Made by a program: the position numbers and the translations under genes
Part shown: positions 14,714 through 28,161 of the stretch, piece by piece
Position numbering within the stretch: position 1 is the first letter of the stretch
How the letters are laid out: the number at the start of each line of letters is the position of its first letter
Source: Eledone cirrhosa
Taxonomy: Eukaryota
DNA: 61,609 nt
NCBI GenBank assembly: GCA_964016885.1
Contig: CAXHJY010001475.1
Span: 1-61,609 of the forward strand
Direction: 5' to 3'
The notes under the pieces: generated by a model
Database searches by the model: none
Told to the model about the DNA's origin: nothing
The model's input: only the letters and a program-made list of their open reading frames with translations

Positions 14714-14716
<3 letters not shown>

Positions 14717-15806
14717 AAACAAAATGAAAACGAAATTTCATTTCTCACTCTTAGTATGGCACTTACTTAAATGTAAGTATGCATGTATACGTACATACAT
14801 ATATGTATACAGACGTACAGTAGCATGCACATATATATATATATATACATATATACATACATATGCATACAGGTACACATACATATATGCACGTATCAGT
14901 TTAGCGGCGCTAACGTCGCTTTGTTCGTTTGTAAACAAACTGAACAGCCTGAATTTATGCCATACGGTGTTAAGGCAACCACGTCACCTTTTTGTTCAAC
15001 ACTGACACAGGAACGATGTACTAGTTTCAAGCTTGTTAGCTATCATCAGCACCGTTTACCCATCTGCCAGATAGTTGAACGTTCGAAAGTATATACTTTC
15101 CTTATGAAAATTAACGGCTGAGCAGCCTAATTTGCATATTGAGTGAGTTAAATCGGTCAGGCATACCGAAAACGATAAATTGAAACAAAATGAAAACGAA
15201 ATTTCATTTCTCACTCTTAGTATGGCACTTACTTAAATGTAAGTATGCATGTATACGTACATACATATATGTATACAGACGTACAGTAGCATGCACATAT
15301 ATATATATATATACATATATACATACATATGCATACAGGTACACATACATATATGCACGTATCAGTTTGGCGGCGCTAACGTCGCTTTGTTCGTTTGTAA
15401 ACAAACTGAACAGCCTGAATTTATGCCATACGGTGTTAAGGCAACCACGTCACCTTTTTGTTCAACACTGACACAGGAACGATGTACTAGTTTCAAGCTT
15501 GTTAGCTATCATCAGCACCGTTTACCCATCTGCCAGATAGTTGAACGTTCGAAAGTATATACTTTCCTTATGAAAATTAACGGCTGAGCAGCCTAATTTG
15601 CATATTGAGTGAGTTAAATCGGTCAGGCATACCGAAAACGATAAATTGAAACAAAATGAAAACGAAATTTCATTTCTCACTCTTAGTATGGCACTTACTT
15701 AAATGTAAGTATGCATATGTATGTATATATGTATATATATATATATATGTGCATGCTACTGTACGTCTGTATACATATATGTATGTACGTATACATGCAT
15801 ACTTAC
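14714..15806. repeat. 466-bp tandem duplication (2 full copies + partial third) followed by a ~100-bp inverted copy of part of the unit
   Basis: ORF starts recur at 14724/15190/15656. One visible difference between the copies (tttagcgg vs tttggcgg). ~15706-15806 is the reverse complement of unit sequence. Confidence 0.9.
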
Positions 15807-16415
15807 ATATATATATATATATATTTGTTTTGCGAGGTTTTTGATATGAAATCGTGTGTCGAAACAAAAAAATGAATGTGTGTTTAAACAGAAAAAATGA
15901 ATGGAATAACAACAACACCCAAACAAACAATACTGACCTAAGAAAAGTATAAATAAATAAATAAATAGATAAATAAATAAATACAAACACACACTAGTAA
16001 AGATAGAATACATTAACCAATACACGGTCACTCAATCACGAACACACATCAAACAAAACACTATACACACACGCAAACGCATGCGCAAAGAAGACAAAAA
16101 AAAACAACAAATAAATAAATATATAAACAGACTAAATAAAGATGGCGTAGAAAATACAATGCAACGGGAGGAAACAATAGCACCACTGACGATGTTGCAG
16201 ATGTGCAACGAAAGAACTTTGATAGACTATATATATGTGTTTGTGTCAATATTGTATCTGTATTTTTGACTGTTGGTCAGTCAATGGCAACATTGAGGAC
16301 CGAATAAATTAAATTAACCGATATAAAAGGCACAGAAGCGAAAACCAACCAAACAGTGAGTGTGTTCTGTTATTAATTCTGGCAATATTACACAAATATG
16401 ACCCTCCCCAAGTAT

Positions 16416-16517
<102 letters not shown>

Positions 16518-16534
16518 TTATATATATATATACA

Positions 16535-17279
16535 CAAAGTGTTAAAACAATCAAATCTTAGTTTAATACATTTATTTGCTGGCAATTGTTTCTTCCAGAG
16601 GGAAGTCTGGAATCATCGGGGCATAGGGAATGTCTAAACTGGTGATTAAAATCCTAGTCGTTCAGAACATATACATCTACATACAACCAACATATACATC
16701 TACATATGAACTACAATATATAAACACTTGAGTGAAAATCACCTACCCAATTCAATCAGGTGCTTTGCATTACACCTCACATAACATCTCTCACTACTAT
16801 ATAGCACGCCATTTTAAACATCTCTAACACTTATAACATGCTTTAACATTCTATACGAAATATGCTTATTTCAGCTGTAATATAACTCTTTCCTCATACA
16901 TGCCTTATTAATTGTATTGACTCTTGCATTGTATACTCCTAACATTACCTGATCTCCAATGCTAAGATATCTTATATCTTATGTCTATCCTATCTTTCAT
17001 TTTTCCTTGCTTGTAACATATTTTGCCTGTACCTCCTGCACTTTCAACCAGTGCTCCTTGTAATTGTGTTCTCTCAAGCATAACATCTTTTAAACTCCTG
17101 ATTCTATACATGATGTCTAACAAAACTTATGTATCTGCCTAAATGTTCTGAACGACTAGGATTTTAATCACCTGTTTAGACATTCCCTATGCTCCGATGA
17201 ATCCAGACTTCCCTCTGGAAGAAACAATTGTCAGCAAATAAATGTATTAAACTAAGATTTGATTGTTTTAACACTTTGT
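16535..17279. mobile_element. Penelope-like inverted terminal repeats (~135-bp arms at 16535-16670 and 17143-17279), each with a hammerhead-like motif
   Basis: The arms are reverse complements with few mismatches and both carry CCGAUGA..stem II..GAAACAAUUG. Confidence 0.7.
17190..17236 (+). ncRNA. Hammerhead-like ribozyme with a variant core (CCGAUGA)
   Basis: UGCU CCGAUGA AUCCAGA-cuuccc-UCUGGAA GAAA CAAUUG UC AGCA. Stem I UGCU/AGCA, palindromic stem III ACAAUUGU, GUC cleavage triplet. Confidence 0.6.
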
Positions 17280-17406
17280 ATCTCGGCTCTGTAAAACACT
17301 TGATAATTTACATTGAGCCTTTTGTCATACCGGTAACCGGCTAGTACTTATTATTACCCTCCATATTTATAATTGTATATTAAACATAAATATTCTTATT
17401 ACTACA

Positions 17407-17438
<32 letters not shown>

Positions 17439-18074
17439 GGTTTGTAACTCTTTGCAATTTACACGCACACATTGCATTTCCTATCTAGTCGCGTTGCTAT
17501 AAGTTCGCTTTCTAATCACTAGATCCTGGGTTCTAACCGAATATTTGTTCCTGTAAATAGTTATTTATCCAAAGTTACATATTTACTCCTGTATGCCATG
17601 TATACACGCATGTTGAATATTTCTATAATTTATTCCTAGAAATAAATTATTAATTTTATCTTAAATTATATCTACTTGTCACCAATCAAAAGACCTATAA
17701 GGTTTCTCTTATGCAAGTCATTAATTTATCAAAATGCAAATTTCTCAGTTTGTATGATTGTTCATATACCCGGTAATCCTGGTATATAGAATAGAGGGGG
17801 GGGTATAGAGGGAGAGGGAAAAGAATGAAAGTTAGATGAATAACTGGAAATTTTGAGGAGAAAGACAGAAATTGATATGATAAATTAACAATGTATGGTG
17901 AAGATGTGGAGACAGAGAGAGAGAGAGAGGGGGGGGGGGGTAAAGAAAACCCTGCAGAAATGTTCTCTGTGCGCAGACGACAAGTTGCCCGCTTCACCAG
18001 ATCTACCTCATTCAATGTGAGAAGTGTCCAGGTGGACTTTTTGTTAGCTGTGCTGTTGCTGCTACTTCCGTTGT

Positions 18075-18106
<32 letters not shown>

Positions 18107-18799
18107 GTTTGGTGCGGCATCTCCGTGTCCACCCTTCTCTATCTCTCTCTCTCACTTTCTCTCTCCCTCTCTCTTCATGTGATGGAATGATACCAACTGT
18201 TTATAAACACACACGTCTAGAGTGGAAAAAAGAGAGATGTACTAGAGCGAGCGAGAGACAGAGAGAAAACGCATAGATAGATAGATGAGATAGATAGAAA
18301 GATAGATAAATGGACAAGTAGGCAAACAGGTAGGTATTAGGGAGACAGAGAGAGAGAGAAACACATGGACAGCCAACGAAAACGGATATTAAAAAAAGAC
18401 ACTTGCTGAAAGGCAAATTTCGTGTTGGCATTACAGTAATACGGAATCCAGATAACAATCTACAAACCATAACAAGGTGCATGTAACATGTCTTGAAGTG
18501 TTTATAGTATGTAGTTACCACGACAACAATTGTTCGAAGTGAATTCTTTGCGTAATCAGCATCACATGAGTTGGGTAATTTCCATATAAGATGAGGATAA
18601 CGAAATGGCAGATGGAATAAAAATCTGTCTGTCCGTCTGGCTGTATGTATGTACGTACATATATATATATACATACACACATACATACAGGCAGACAGAC
18701 ATATTTTTATTCTCATTACTTTTAATCTTTTCTATATTTCATTTGCCTGTCACCCACCTTGTGGATTGTCTCTCTGTTGACTGTTGGCCACTGGTCCCT

Positions 18800-20110
18800 G
18801 TCCTCTGAGGCATTTTTGCCCATCACATCATGGCCACCATCTTCTTCCCCACTCTGTCTCTCCAGCTCACCCCGTCGGCTTATCTCTTGACATAGCTGCA
18901 TGGTGTTCAGAACCACCCTGCGATTGGATAGTGACACACCAAATTCCTACACATCGAGAAAAGTTCTCATCTGTCCATGCTGGTGCCCAGTTCTGGGACT
19001 TCATTTCTCCTCCAAAATACCAATATGCCCGTCTTGTCTCAAGTGCAGCTCCTCCTTCCATCACTTCTGGCAGTTTAGCTGTTCACCCAAACCTTTCTAG
19101 GTGGCATGAGACCTCTGTTGCTGACACCACGGTTTCGTCTATCAAGATATCATCAATGTAGGAATTTGTGGCTTTCTTCAGCATGTCCACTTTTCCCAGA
19201 ATGACCTTGAGGACCATCACCATGATCTTTAGTGCCAAATTCAACCCCAACCCCAACCTAGTTAAGCAGTATGTCCGGTTCTTATACCTAACCAGCTGAC
19301 ACTGTTTCTCAGCTACATGTAGCAGCAGATATGCCGACTTTAAGTCAACAATTGTAGAGGACCCCGTCATTTGTCTCTTCTCTTGCAAGGTTTCCCCACA
19401 GACATCTGTGACCTCATCACCTGTGTGGCACAATACATGTTCATTCAGTTCACGAAAGTCCAGCACCAGCCTGATCATGTTCTTCATTGGCTGCACTGCT
19501 GCCATTAGCGGCAACACTCCGCTTTTATTTCCTCCTTCCAAGAAATTAATGTGCCCTCCTTGATCTATCTTTGCATCTCTCCCTCAAACTTGCTTCTAGC
19601 ATCTCTTTTCAGGTTATGTTGATAGCAGCTCACTCTGTTCTTCAATGTGGGAGATCTCCTTTACAGTACCACCCAACTTTCCACTGCTAACCGTTGAACA
19701 CAATCCAGAAATCCTTATCTTGAACTGCACATTTTTCTTCATGGCTTTCCCTGTTGCTCTGTTGCACATGTATGGTGCATGGTGTTCCTGCACTACCAAA
19801 CGTTGCCCCATCCTCATTCACTGTAACTCTTCCTAAGTGGCCAATTGCATCCATGCCCATTACCACATCAATTCCATTTGCTATGTAGTCGATCATGATC
19901 GCCCATAGCCTTATTTTTATTCCTCGTACCACTATCTCCACCTCACTTCTACCCTTGCATCTAATCTACCTACCATCAACTGCCATTACACTACTCATCC
20001 CACTCCACTTTTTAACCAGCCCCAGGATCACTAAAGTTGTTGTGCAGCCCGTGTCCACAAGGCTCTTGACAGCTCCTCCCTCCCCACCTCAACCGCCACT
20101 ACAGGCAACG
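18800..20110 (-). pseudogene. Gypsy-like LTR retrotransposon pol remnant (aspartic protease + RT)
   Basis: LVDTGCT protease motif (~20040-20062), VVMGMDAI, RLVLDFRELN, STIVDLKSAY, YCLTRLGLGLN, SYIDDILID; broken by stops and frameshifts. Confidence 0.85.
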
Positions 20111-21294
20111 ACTGCAAGAGCACCTCACCTCTACTTACATCCAAGGGTAGCCACTGGTGCAGTAACTCCCCTTTCACAGTAGCAGATTAGAGTGTTGACT
20201 GAATAACTGGCAGGAGCCCCACAATTATTTTTTTTTTTGCTATAAATATTATAGAAGGGCCTCAATTAAATGTTCATCTAGGGGCCCCATGCAGGCTTAT
20301 CTGTTCCTGTTGTTACTAAGATTTCTTTATCCTTATTTGTCTTCCCTTAAATTGTCTTCTTTCATCACAACAAGAACTTCATCCAAATATATTTGACAAT
20401 ATCAACTCTTGCAGGCTACACTTATTCCTTGATCCATTGACTGGATTGGTAAGGTAATATTGCATGATAAGAAAGGTGATTGATTGGCAGAATTGGAAGC
20501 GCACCAGATAAAATGCCATTGCAATATTTGTTCTGATTCTTTAGATTCTGAATTCAAATTTAGCCAAACTCAACTCTGCCTTCCATCCTTCTGAGGTAAA
20601 TAAAATAAAGTACCAGTAAAGTACAAGAGTTGATTTAATCAAGTTTTCCCTTCCTCCAAATTTGCTGGCCTTGTGCTTAAATTAGAGATCAATATAAGTA
20701 TGAACATTTAAAAATGAGTGGTTTTTTATCATAAAAGCCAAGATGGCTTCAGGCAGTTTGGTATTAAAGGAGTTAAGGATTGGTGTTGTTGATGCCTTCT
20801 CTACCTCTGTTCAGCTACTAACTCTTTTATTTACGTCTACCAGCTTCCTAGATACCACTACATCTTCCCTGTTACACTGTCTTTAAATGAAGATTAGGTC
20901 ATGTTTAAATGAGCTTACTATGAAATCATTATTCTCACTATGGTTTGCTTTGAAATTGTTCTTAACATAGAGGTAATATGTGCTCACTTAGAATTACTAC
21001 TACTACTACTAATTCCAATGACAAGACTAACCACATTACCATCATCATCATCATCATTATTATCATCTTCCTTATCAATAACATCGACCTCACCTCTTCT
21101 TGATATTAACTAAAATGAATAAATAAATAATTCACCCTCCTCTTCCCCCTTTGTGGGAACTGGCTCAGCAAACATCTGTTGTTCCATCCAGTCATGGAAA
21201 GATCAGCTCCTGAAAGGTCAACATTTTGGGAAACTGCTTCTTAACTTCTTCACGTCTGAAAGAGTATGTGTGAATAAAACACTTTTATTTGTGT

Positions 21295-21708
21295 GTCATC
21301 ATCATCATCGTCATCATCGTTTAACGTCCATCTTCCACGCTTGCATGGGTTTGGACGGGAGTTTTCCCACTTGAGGCAAGATTGGTTGTCCTGCTCGTAT
21401 AGGACTGTTTGGCGGGTTTTCTACGGCTGGATGCCCTTCCTAACACCAATCACGTTTACAGTGTGGACTGGGAGGTTTTTACCGTGTTACCTACACGGCC
21501 ACATTGCAGCGTGGACTGTGTGTTTTTTTGTCTTGACACCTACACGACCTCATTTGTTTCGGACTGGATGTTGTGGTACCAACATAACTTCACATTGAAG
21601 GGGGTGGTGTGGATGGGGTGGGGGTAATGGGACAGGGGTGTATTTTTGTTAGAGGTGCCTACTGACTGTAGGTTTCGCTTTGTACTTAGGCAAGGCGGGT
21701 CTTCTGTA
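21295..21708 (-). mobile_element. RTE 3' UTR fragment with (GAT)n tail, same subfamily as 27190-28125
   Basis: 21370-21708 is a close reverse complement of 27800-28125; the shared terminal motif and catcat tail are at 21295-21360. Confidence 0.85.
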
Positions 21709-21759
21709 TGTGTTGTATATTTGTGTGTGTGTTGTATATTTGTGCATTTGTATACATCT

Positions 21760-21803
<44 letters not shown>

Positions 21804-22257
21804 TTGTGTGTCTATGTATATGTGTGTATGTCACCAGCTTAACCTATATGTTTGTGTGGAAGATTTTGAGTCTGAACTTCTGTAGGTGTGTGTTTGTATT
21901 TGTATGACCAGATGAAGACAGTACCATTCTCTCTCTCTCTCTTTTATGTTTGTCTTCTTTGGTCCCACTACTTTCTCTGTCTTTCACTCAATGCTCCACC
22001 ACCACCACCACCACCACTATCTACAGTTGTGATACTGTATGTCTGTTTTTCTATCTTTCTTTAATGATACACGTGGTGGTTGTGGTGGTGACAGGGGTGG
22101 TAGTGGTAGCATAGTGTAGAAGTGGTTCTTACAAGTAAAGCAAGTTTTAAAGATGGAAATTAGCAATATATATAATCTAATCTAGTCATTGCTTTCTAAA
22201 TTATATATATACATATACATATATATATATATATATAATATATAATATATATATATA

Positions 22258-22301
<44 letters not shown>

Positions 22302-22323
22302 TATTTATATATACATATATATA

Positions 22324-22858
22324 TCATCATCATCATTTTACGTCTGCTTTTCCCTGCTTGCAAGGGTTGGATGGGTCCTATTCAGCACAGCATCTCTCTA
22401 CTTGTCACGCTCCTTCGTCATCTCCACAGTGAGCTTCAGCTATCTGAGGTCTGCTCTCACCACCTTCGCCCATGTTTTTTGTGGTCTACCTCTACTACGT
22501 CTTCCTTCAACTGGCATTTCTTCACCCATCGGTCATCCTCCATGCGCATCACATGTCCATACCATCGCAGTCTCCTCTCCCGCACACAACAATTTATCCC
22601 TCTCAGACACAGTTTCTCTCTCAATACATCCATGCTCGGCCGTTCACGCACATTGACACTGCACATCTAACAGAGCATGCTTGCCTCATTTCTCTCAAGC
22701 CGTCGCATATCCTCTGCAGTTGCTGCCCATGTCTCACTACCATGCAGCATCGCGCACCTCACACAGGCATCATATAACCGGCCTTTCGTACGCAGGGAGA
22801 AACCCTTCGTCAGCAGAGGAAGCAGCTCCCTAAACTTCTTCCAACCCATCCTTATTCT
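22324..22858 (-). mobile_element. 5'-truncated RTE copy (C-terminal coding region + tail)
   Basis: RIRMGWKKFRELLPLLTKGFSLRTKGRLYDACVRCAMLHGSETW...RLRWYGHVMRMEDDRWVKKC; catcatcatcat tail at ~22325-22337. Confidence 0.9.
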
Positions 22859-23134
22859 ATATATATAATGATGAAACACACCATCATATTGGCTACTGTC
22901 TGGTTTCATGCTCAAACAGACAAATTTAGTAGAGGTAATATATCTCTTTATCTGTATAGAATTTATCTGGTCTTTATGTTTACATATGGCTGATTTGAGG
23001 AAATTATACATATGTAAATATAAAGGTCTAATGAATACTGAACTGATAAAGAAATATATTATTTCTAATTCGTTTGAGGAAGTATGAAACCAGATGAGAG
23101 CCAATATAATGTTGTGGAACATCATTATTATGTA

Positions 23135-23790
23135 AGGCGGTGGATTGACAGTATCGGTAGAGGGTCGGACGCTATGCTTTCCAGCATAGTTACGTCCCTT
23201 TATGATCTGAGTTCAAATCCCGTCGAGGTTGACTTTGCCTTGCATTCTTACGGGGTCGATAAAATAAAGTACCAGTAATGCACTGGGTAATTGCTGGCCT
23301 TGTGCCTAAAGTAGAAACAATTATTATCTAAGGGTGTTCTGAGTTAAAATCCAGCCGCATTAACTTTTCTTTTCATTCTTACGGGGGTTGATAAAATAAA
23401 GTACCAGTAATACACTGGGATAATTGCTGGCCTTGTGCCAAAAGTAGAAACAATTATTATGCAAAGGCGGTGGTTTAGCAGTATCGGTAGAGCGTCTGAC
23501 ACCATGCTTTGCAGCATAGAGTTATGGCCCTTTACATAAAATAAAGCACCAATAATGTACTGAGATAATTGCTGGCCTTGTGCCAAAAGTAGAAACAATT
23601 ATGTGATTGGCAGTATCAGTAGAGGGTCGGACGCCATGCTTTCCAGCATAGAGTTATGTCCCTTTATGGTCTGAGTTCAAATCCTGCCGAGATTAACTCT
23701 ACTTTTCATCCTTACGGGATCAATAAAATAAAGTACCAGTAATGCACTGGGATAATTGCTGGCCTTGTGCCAAAAGTAGAAACAATTATT
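23135..23790 (+). mobile_element. Head-to-tail cluster of four tRNA-derived SINE copies
   Basis: Recurrent ggcggtggattggcagtatcgg (A box-like), gagttcaaatcc (B box), gactttgcctttcatcc..gataaaataaagtaccag body and ggccttgtgcc..aagtagaaacaattatt end. Two copies are partial. Confidence 0.85.
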
Positions 23791-24199
23791 ATGTAAAACA
23801 TCTTTTCTACTGTGTGCTGGGTGCTTTTCATTGTTTCACCTACATAACTACTTTACAGGTGAATACAAATGCCCCAGATGGGTTTCTTTTGAAGGGTCTT
23901 TGGAATAATGTTACTTGATAGAGTGCATAGCTTCGAGATCAGAAAGTCACTCCAGACTTCTGTAGGAGATCAGATGTAGAGCATGTCCAGCTTCAAGTTC
24001 AGGTTAATCCTGCCTGAACAGACCTACTATCAAAGATGTTCTGGTTGTGATTATTCTGTCCTTTTGTTTGTCAAGGACATTATCTAATGTGTGGTATGAC
24101 ATGTAAGTCACTTCTTGGTTTGACAAGCCATCTAAGAAGTTGCTGTACTTAGGCACGAGTTGGCTTCCACTATGTATGTTAAAAATGTTTAAGTTTAAA

Positions 24200-24600
24200 A
24201 AAAAAATGAGAAAAAGTGAGTGGAGCATGCTGTTTTGGAGCGTTCACTCTGTAAGAGGGACACAAATGCAATGCCTGCAAAAATTCAGCAGGAATTGTGG
24301 TGCAATATATGTGGCTGTTTTCTTCTATCAAGAACTGTATTTACTAACCATCTGAAGTCACACAAGCCTAGGAGAAATCGAACCAATTGTAAGATGGTTC
24401 TACCAACACACACTCCATGGTACATTTGCAATGAGTGTGGCTTAATTTGCAAGTCAACTTGTGGAGTGACCAGACATGGTAGAATGATTGAAGACACACC
24501 CTAGCCAGTATTGCCAGGAGACAGAAAGTTCAAGTGTCATATTTGTGAATGTGCCTTCAAAACAAAAGCGAGTCTGAAAAGTCACCTGCGTGCACATGAT
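24200..24600 (+). pseudogene. Degenerate region with three C2H2 zinc fingers, probably the 3' end of an RTE/BovB-like LINE ORF
   Basis: CNICGCFLLSRTVFTNHLKSH, CNECGLICKSTCGVTRHGRM and CHICECAFKTKASLKSHLRAH lie in one frame with one internal TAG (24502-24504). The linkers are long and not TGEKP-type. Confidence 0.6.
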
Positions 24601-24639
24601 CGTGTTCTATTCAAAGATGTAGCAATATATATGTATGCA

Positions 24640-24687
<48 letters not shown>

Positions 24688-26359
24688 TTATATATACACA
24701 TGCCTAATAGGCACACGTACCAATATAGAAGGTTAATGAGTGCTCAGTATTAATAATCTTGAACATTTCGGAACCCAAATACTGGTTAAACTAATAAAAT
24801 ATCCAGAGTCTTACTTGACCTGCTAGAAATAGCAGCCAAACTCCCTACAAATCGCATCCTACTGTTATCATCTAATATGTTGAAAATAGCTATCAGTGAT
24901 ATAATGTAGAAAAGTCAACAGATTCAGTCATCTGCATCATTCTAAAAAAAAATTGGCTCTGTGCCCTGTGTAGAACACATATGTGTGTATTCTCATTATT
25001 TATTTATTTATTCATTTATACATACATTCATGCATACATAGATACATACATATATACATACATACATTCACACAAACATAATACAAATACATACATACAT
25101 ACAAATACATACACACATACAAACATACATACATACACATACATACATACATACACACATACAAATACATATACATATATACATTATCTTATTTATAACC
25201 ATCCCTAAATTTCAAGTTCCTACTTTTCAAGACTTGTCAGCTTAGATACTGAGTTCATAAATAACCAGAACTGGGTCAGTATTTAGTATTTATAAACAGC
25301 TCCAACTTTCAAATCATTTGCACATTGAAATATTGATATAATAATTATAATATTCAACATTTTACTAACCAGTTACCTACAAATATTGCATTGTTGGATT
25401 ATATAATAAATGTTTAAATGATTAGTATAAATAATAATAATGCTGAGAAGTAAAGCAGTCTATATATACCCATCCTTCTTACCTCCCACTCATTGTCTAT
25501 TTCTCTATTTATCTATCTTTCTGTTACCCTGGTTTTATGATATAAAGCTGCCTGTTTTAAACCTTTAGCATTTACATTACTTTATATATACTATTTTATT
25601 TTTGTCTTAAAGGCTTTACCTCACATAATTATTTCACATAATATCGAATCTATGAGATTTTGATGTTATTTATTTTTAGAACAATACAGTGAAATTACGT
25701 TATAACAAAATTCATGGAGTATAAAAAAATCATTATAATGAACAATTATCGATAAAATAAAGTACCAGTAATGCACTGGATAATTGCTGGCCTTGTGCCT
25801 AACGCAGAAACAATTATAATGAACAATTCTTTATAATGAGATTGACTGAAACAAATCAAGTGTTTGTATGTTATTACCTCGGGAATTAAATAAGATTTCG
25901 TTATACTGAAAAATTCATTATAACGGAATTTTACCTGTATATATATTTCAGGCTTGATCTGGGCAGAGGTTGAGAGAGCTGATCACAAATCACTGAAGCT
26001 CATAGAGGATATGATGAAGGATGACCACATGTGAAGGGATGTTGTGCTGGAAAAGAACCACCCAACCCATGCAAGCATTGAAACACAGATATAAAACGAT
26101 GATGAGGATAATGGAACCTTCCATCATGTAAGGATCTTTGTTAAGATCTAAACACCAGATTAATAACAGTTTCTGGATTCTTGTCCTTATATATATATCC
26201 GTATCGGTGGCCTAATGGTAGGAATTAGAGATGGTGCAGATCCTGGTTTGGAGCTCAATGTTGGTCAGGAGATACACATAGGGGAAGTCTTACTAAACTT
26301 TTAATGCCCCCTCCTTGAGTCTTCCCTTATTTATATTGTATGCTATCGAATACTAGTTC

Positions 26360-26800
26360 TTGTCTGATCACCCTGTGTACGAACTGCAATACTGCATAGA
26401 GGTGAGAGCTAGGTAATGTGTGCAGAGGACTTATGAAGATTGGAAAGAAATGATACTTACTTGCTCTGATGGATGTTTAATAGTAGTGTGCGTGAATGAC
26501 AAAGCATTAATGAACTGAGAGAAACTAGGCATAAGAGGGGTCAGATACAGTGTACAGGAGAGGAGATTGCAGTGGTTTGGACATGTGATACATATGAAGG
26601 ATAACAGCTGTATAAAAAGGTGCAGGATACTCAAAATCGATGATAACTATGGAAAAGGAAGGCCTAGGAATGCTTGGGATGAAATGATAAAAGCTGACTT
26701 TGCCCAATTAAACCTCACAAAAGAGATGACACAGGATCAAGAACACTTGTGTCATGTTGTACTGCAGAAAACCTGTCTTCCTATGTGCACAAAATGAAGT
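26360..26800 (+). mobile_element. Degenerate RTE 3' coding fragment
   Basis: QWFGHVIHMKDNSCIKRCRILKIDDNYGKGRPRNAWDEMIKAD. Confidence 0.85.
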
Positions 26801-26884
26801 GAAACAAACATGTAGTGGACACTAGTCTGCACTAATCTTCTCTTCCCCCTCCTGGTAATGTGGAAATATGTCAAGCTGTTAATA

Positions 26885-27140
26885 TATGTGTGTGTATATA
26901 TATATATATAATATATATAAATATATATATATATATTATATATATAAATATATATATATATATAGATATATAAATATATATATATATATAGATATATAAA
27001 TATATATATATATAAATATAAATATATATATATATATTATATATATAAATATATATATATATTATATATATAAATATATATATATTATATATATAAATAT
27101 ATATATATTATATATATAAATATATATATATAAATATATA

Positions 27141-27185
<45 letters not shown>
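26885..27185. repeat. Long compound (TA)n microsatellite; one of many (TA)n/(CA)n/(GA)n tracts in the window
   Basis: Direct inspection; similar tracts at ~4650-4735, 4930-5000, 10825-10880, 16420-16530. Confidence 0.95.
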
Positions 27186-27187
<2 letters not shown>

Positions 27188-27189
27188 AG

Positions 27190-28123
27190 CAGCAAGTGCC
27201 CACAGAATACTAGCTCATTCCATTGCACAGATGGTTCTATAGAAATAGTGGACAGCTTCCGTTACCTGGGTGACAAAATCAGCAGTGGGGGAGGGTGCTC
27301 TGAAAGTACAGTAGCTAGAGTCAGAACGGGATGGAAAAAGTTCAGAGAGCTTATACCACTATTAGCCGCTAAAGGGTTCTCTCTAAAAAGGAAAGGCAGG
27401 CTGTACGATGCCTGCATACGAACATCAATGTTGCATGGCAGTGAGACCTGGGCATTGTGTGCAGAGGATCTATGCAGACTGGAGAGAAACGAAGCTTGCA
27501 TGCTCCGCTGGATGTGTAATAGTAATATACATGAACGGCAAAGCATAAACGAACTAAGGGAGAAATTAGGAATAAGAGGGATCAGATGTTGTTTACTCGA
27601 AAGACTACGTTGGTACGGTCACGTGATACGCATGAAAGACAACAGCTGTATAAAAAAGTGCAGGGCGATAAAAATAGACGGTAGCCACGGAGTAGGCAGA
27701 CCCAGAAAAACCTGGGACGACTTGATAAATTCCGACCTCACACACTTACACCTCTCCAAGACAATGTCACTGGACCGAGATCTTTGGCGCTACAGTTATA
27801 CAGAAGACCCGCTTTACCTAAGTACAAAGCGAAACCTACAGTCAGTAGGCACCTCTAACAAAATATACCTCCGTCCCACTACCCCCACCCCATCTACACC
27901 ACCCCCTTAAATATGAAGTTATGTTGGTACCACAACATCCAGTCCAAAACAAATGAGGTCGTGTAGGTGTCACGACAATAAAACACACAGTCCACGCTGT
28001 AATGTGGCCGTGTAGGTAACACGGTAAAAACCTCCCAGTCCACACTGTAAACGTGGTTGGTGTTAGGAAGGGCATCCAGCCATAGAAAACCCGCCAGACA
28101 GTCCTGAGCAAGACAACCAATCT

Positions 28124-28125
<2 letters not shown>
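27190..28125 (+). mobile_element. 5'-truncated RTE copy with subfamily-specific 3' UTR
   Basis: DSFRYLGDKISSGGGCSESTVARVRTGWKKFRELIPLLAAKGFSLKRKGRLYDAC...GRPRKTWDDLI is highly similar to the intact ORF C-terminus. Confidence 0.93.
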
Positions 28126-28161
<36 letters not shown>

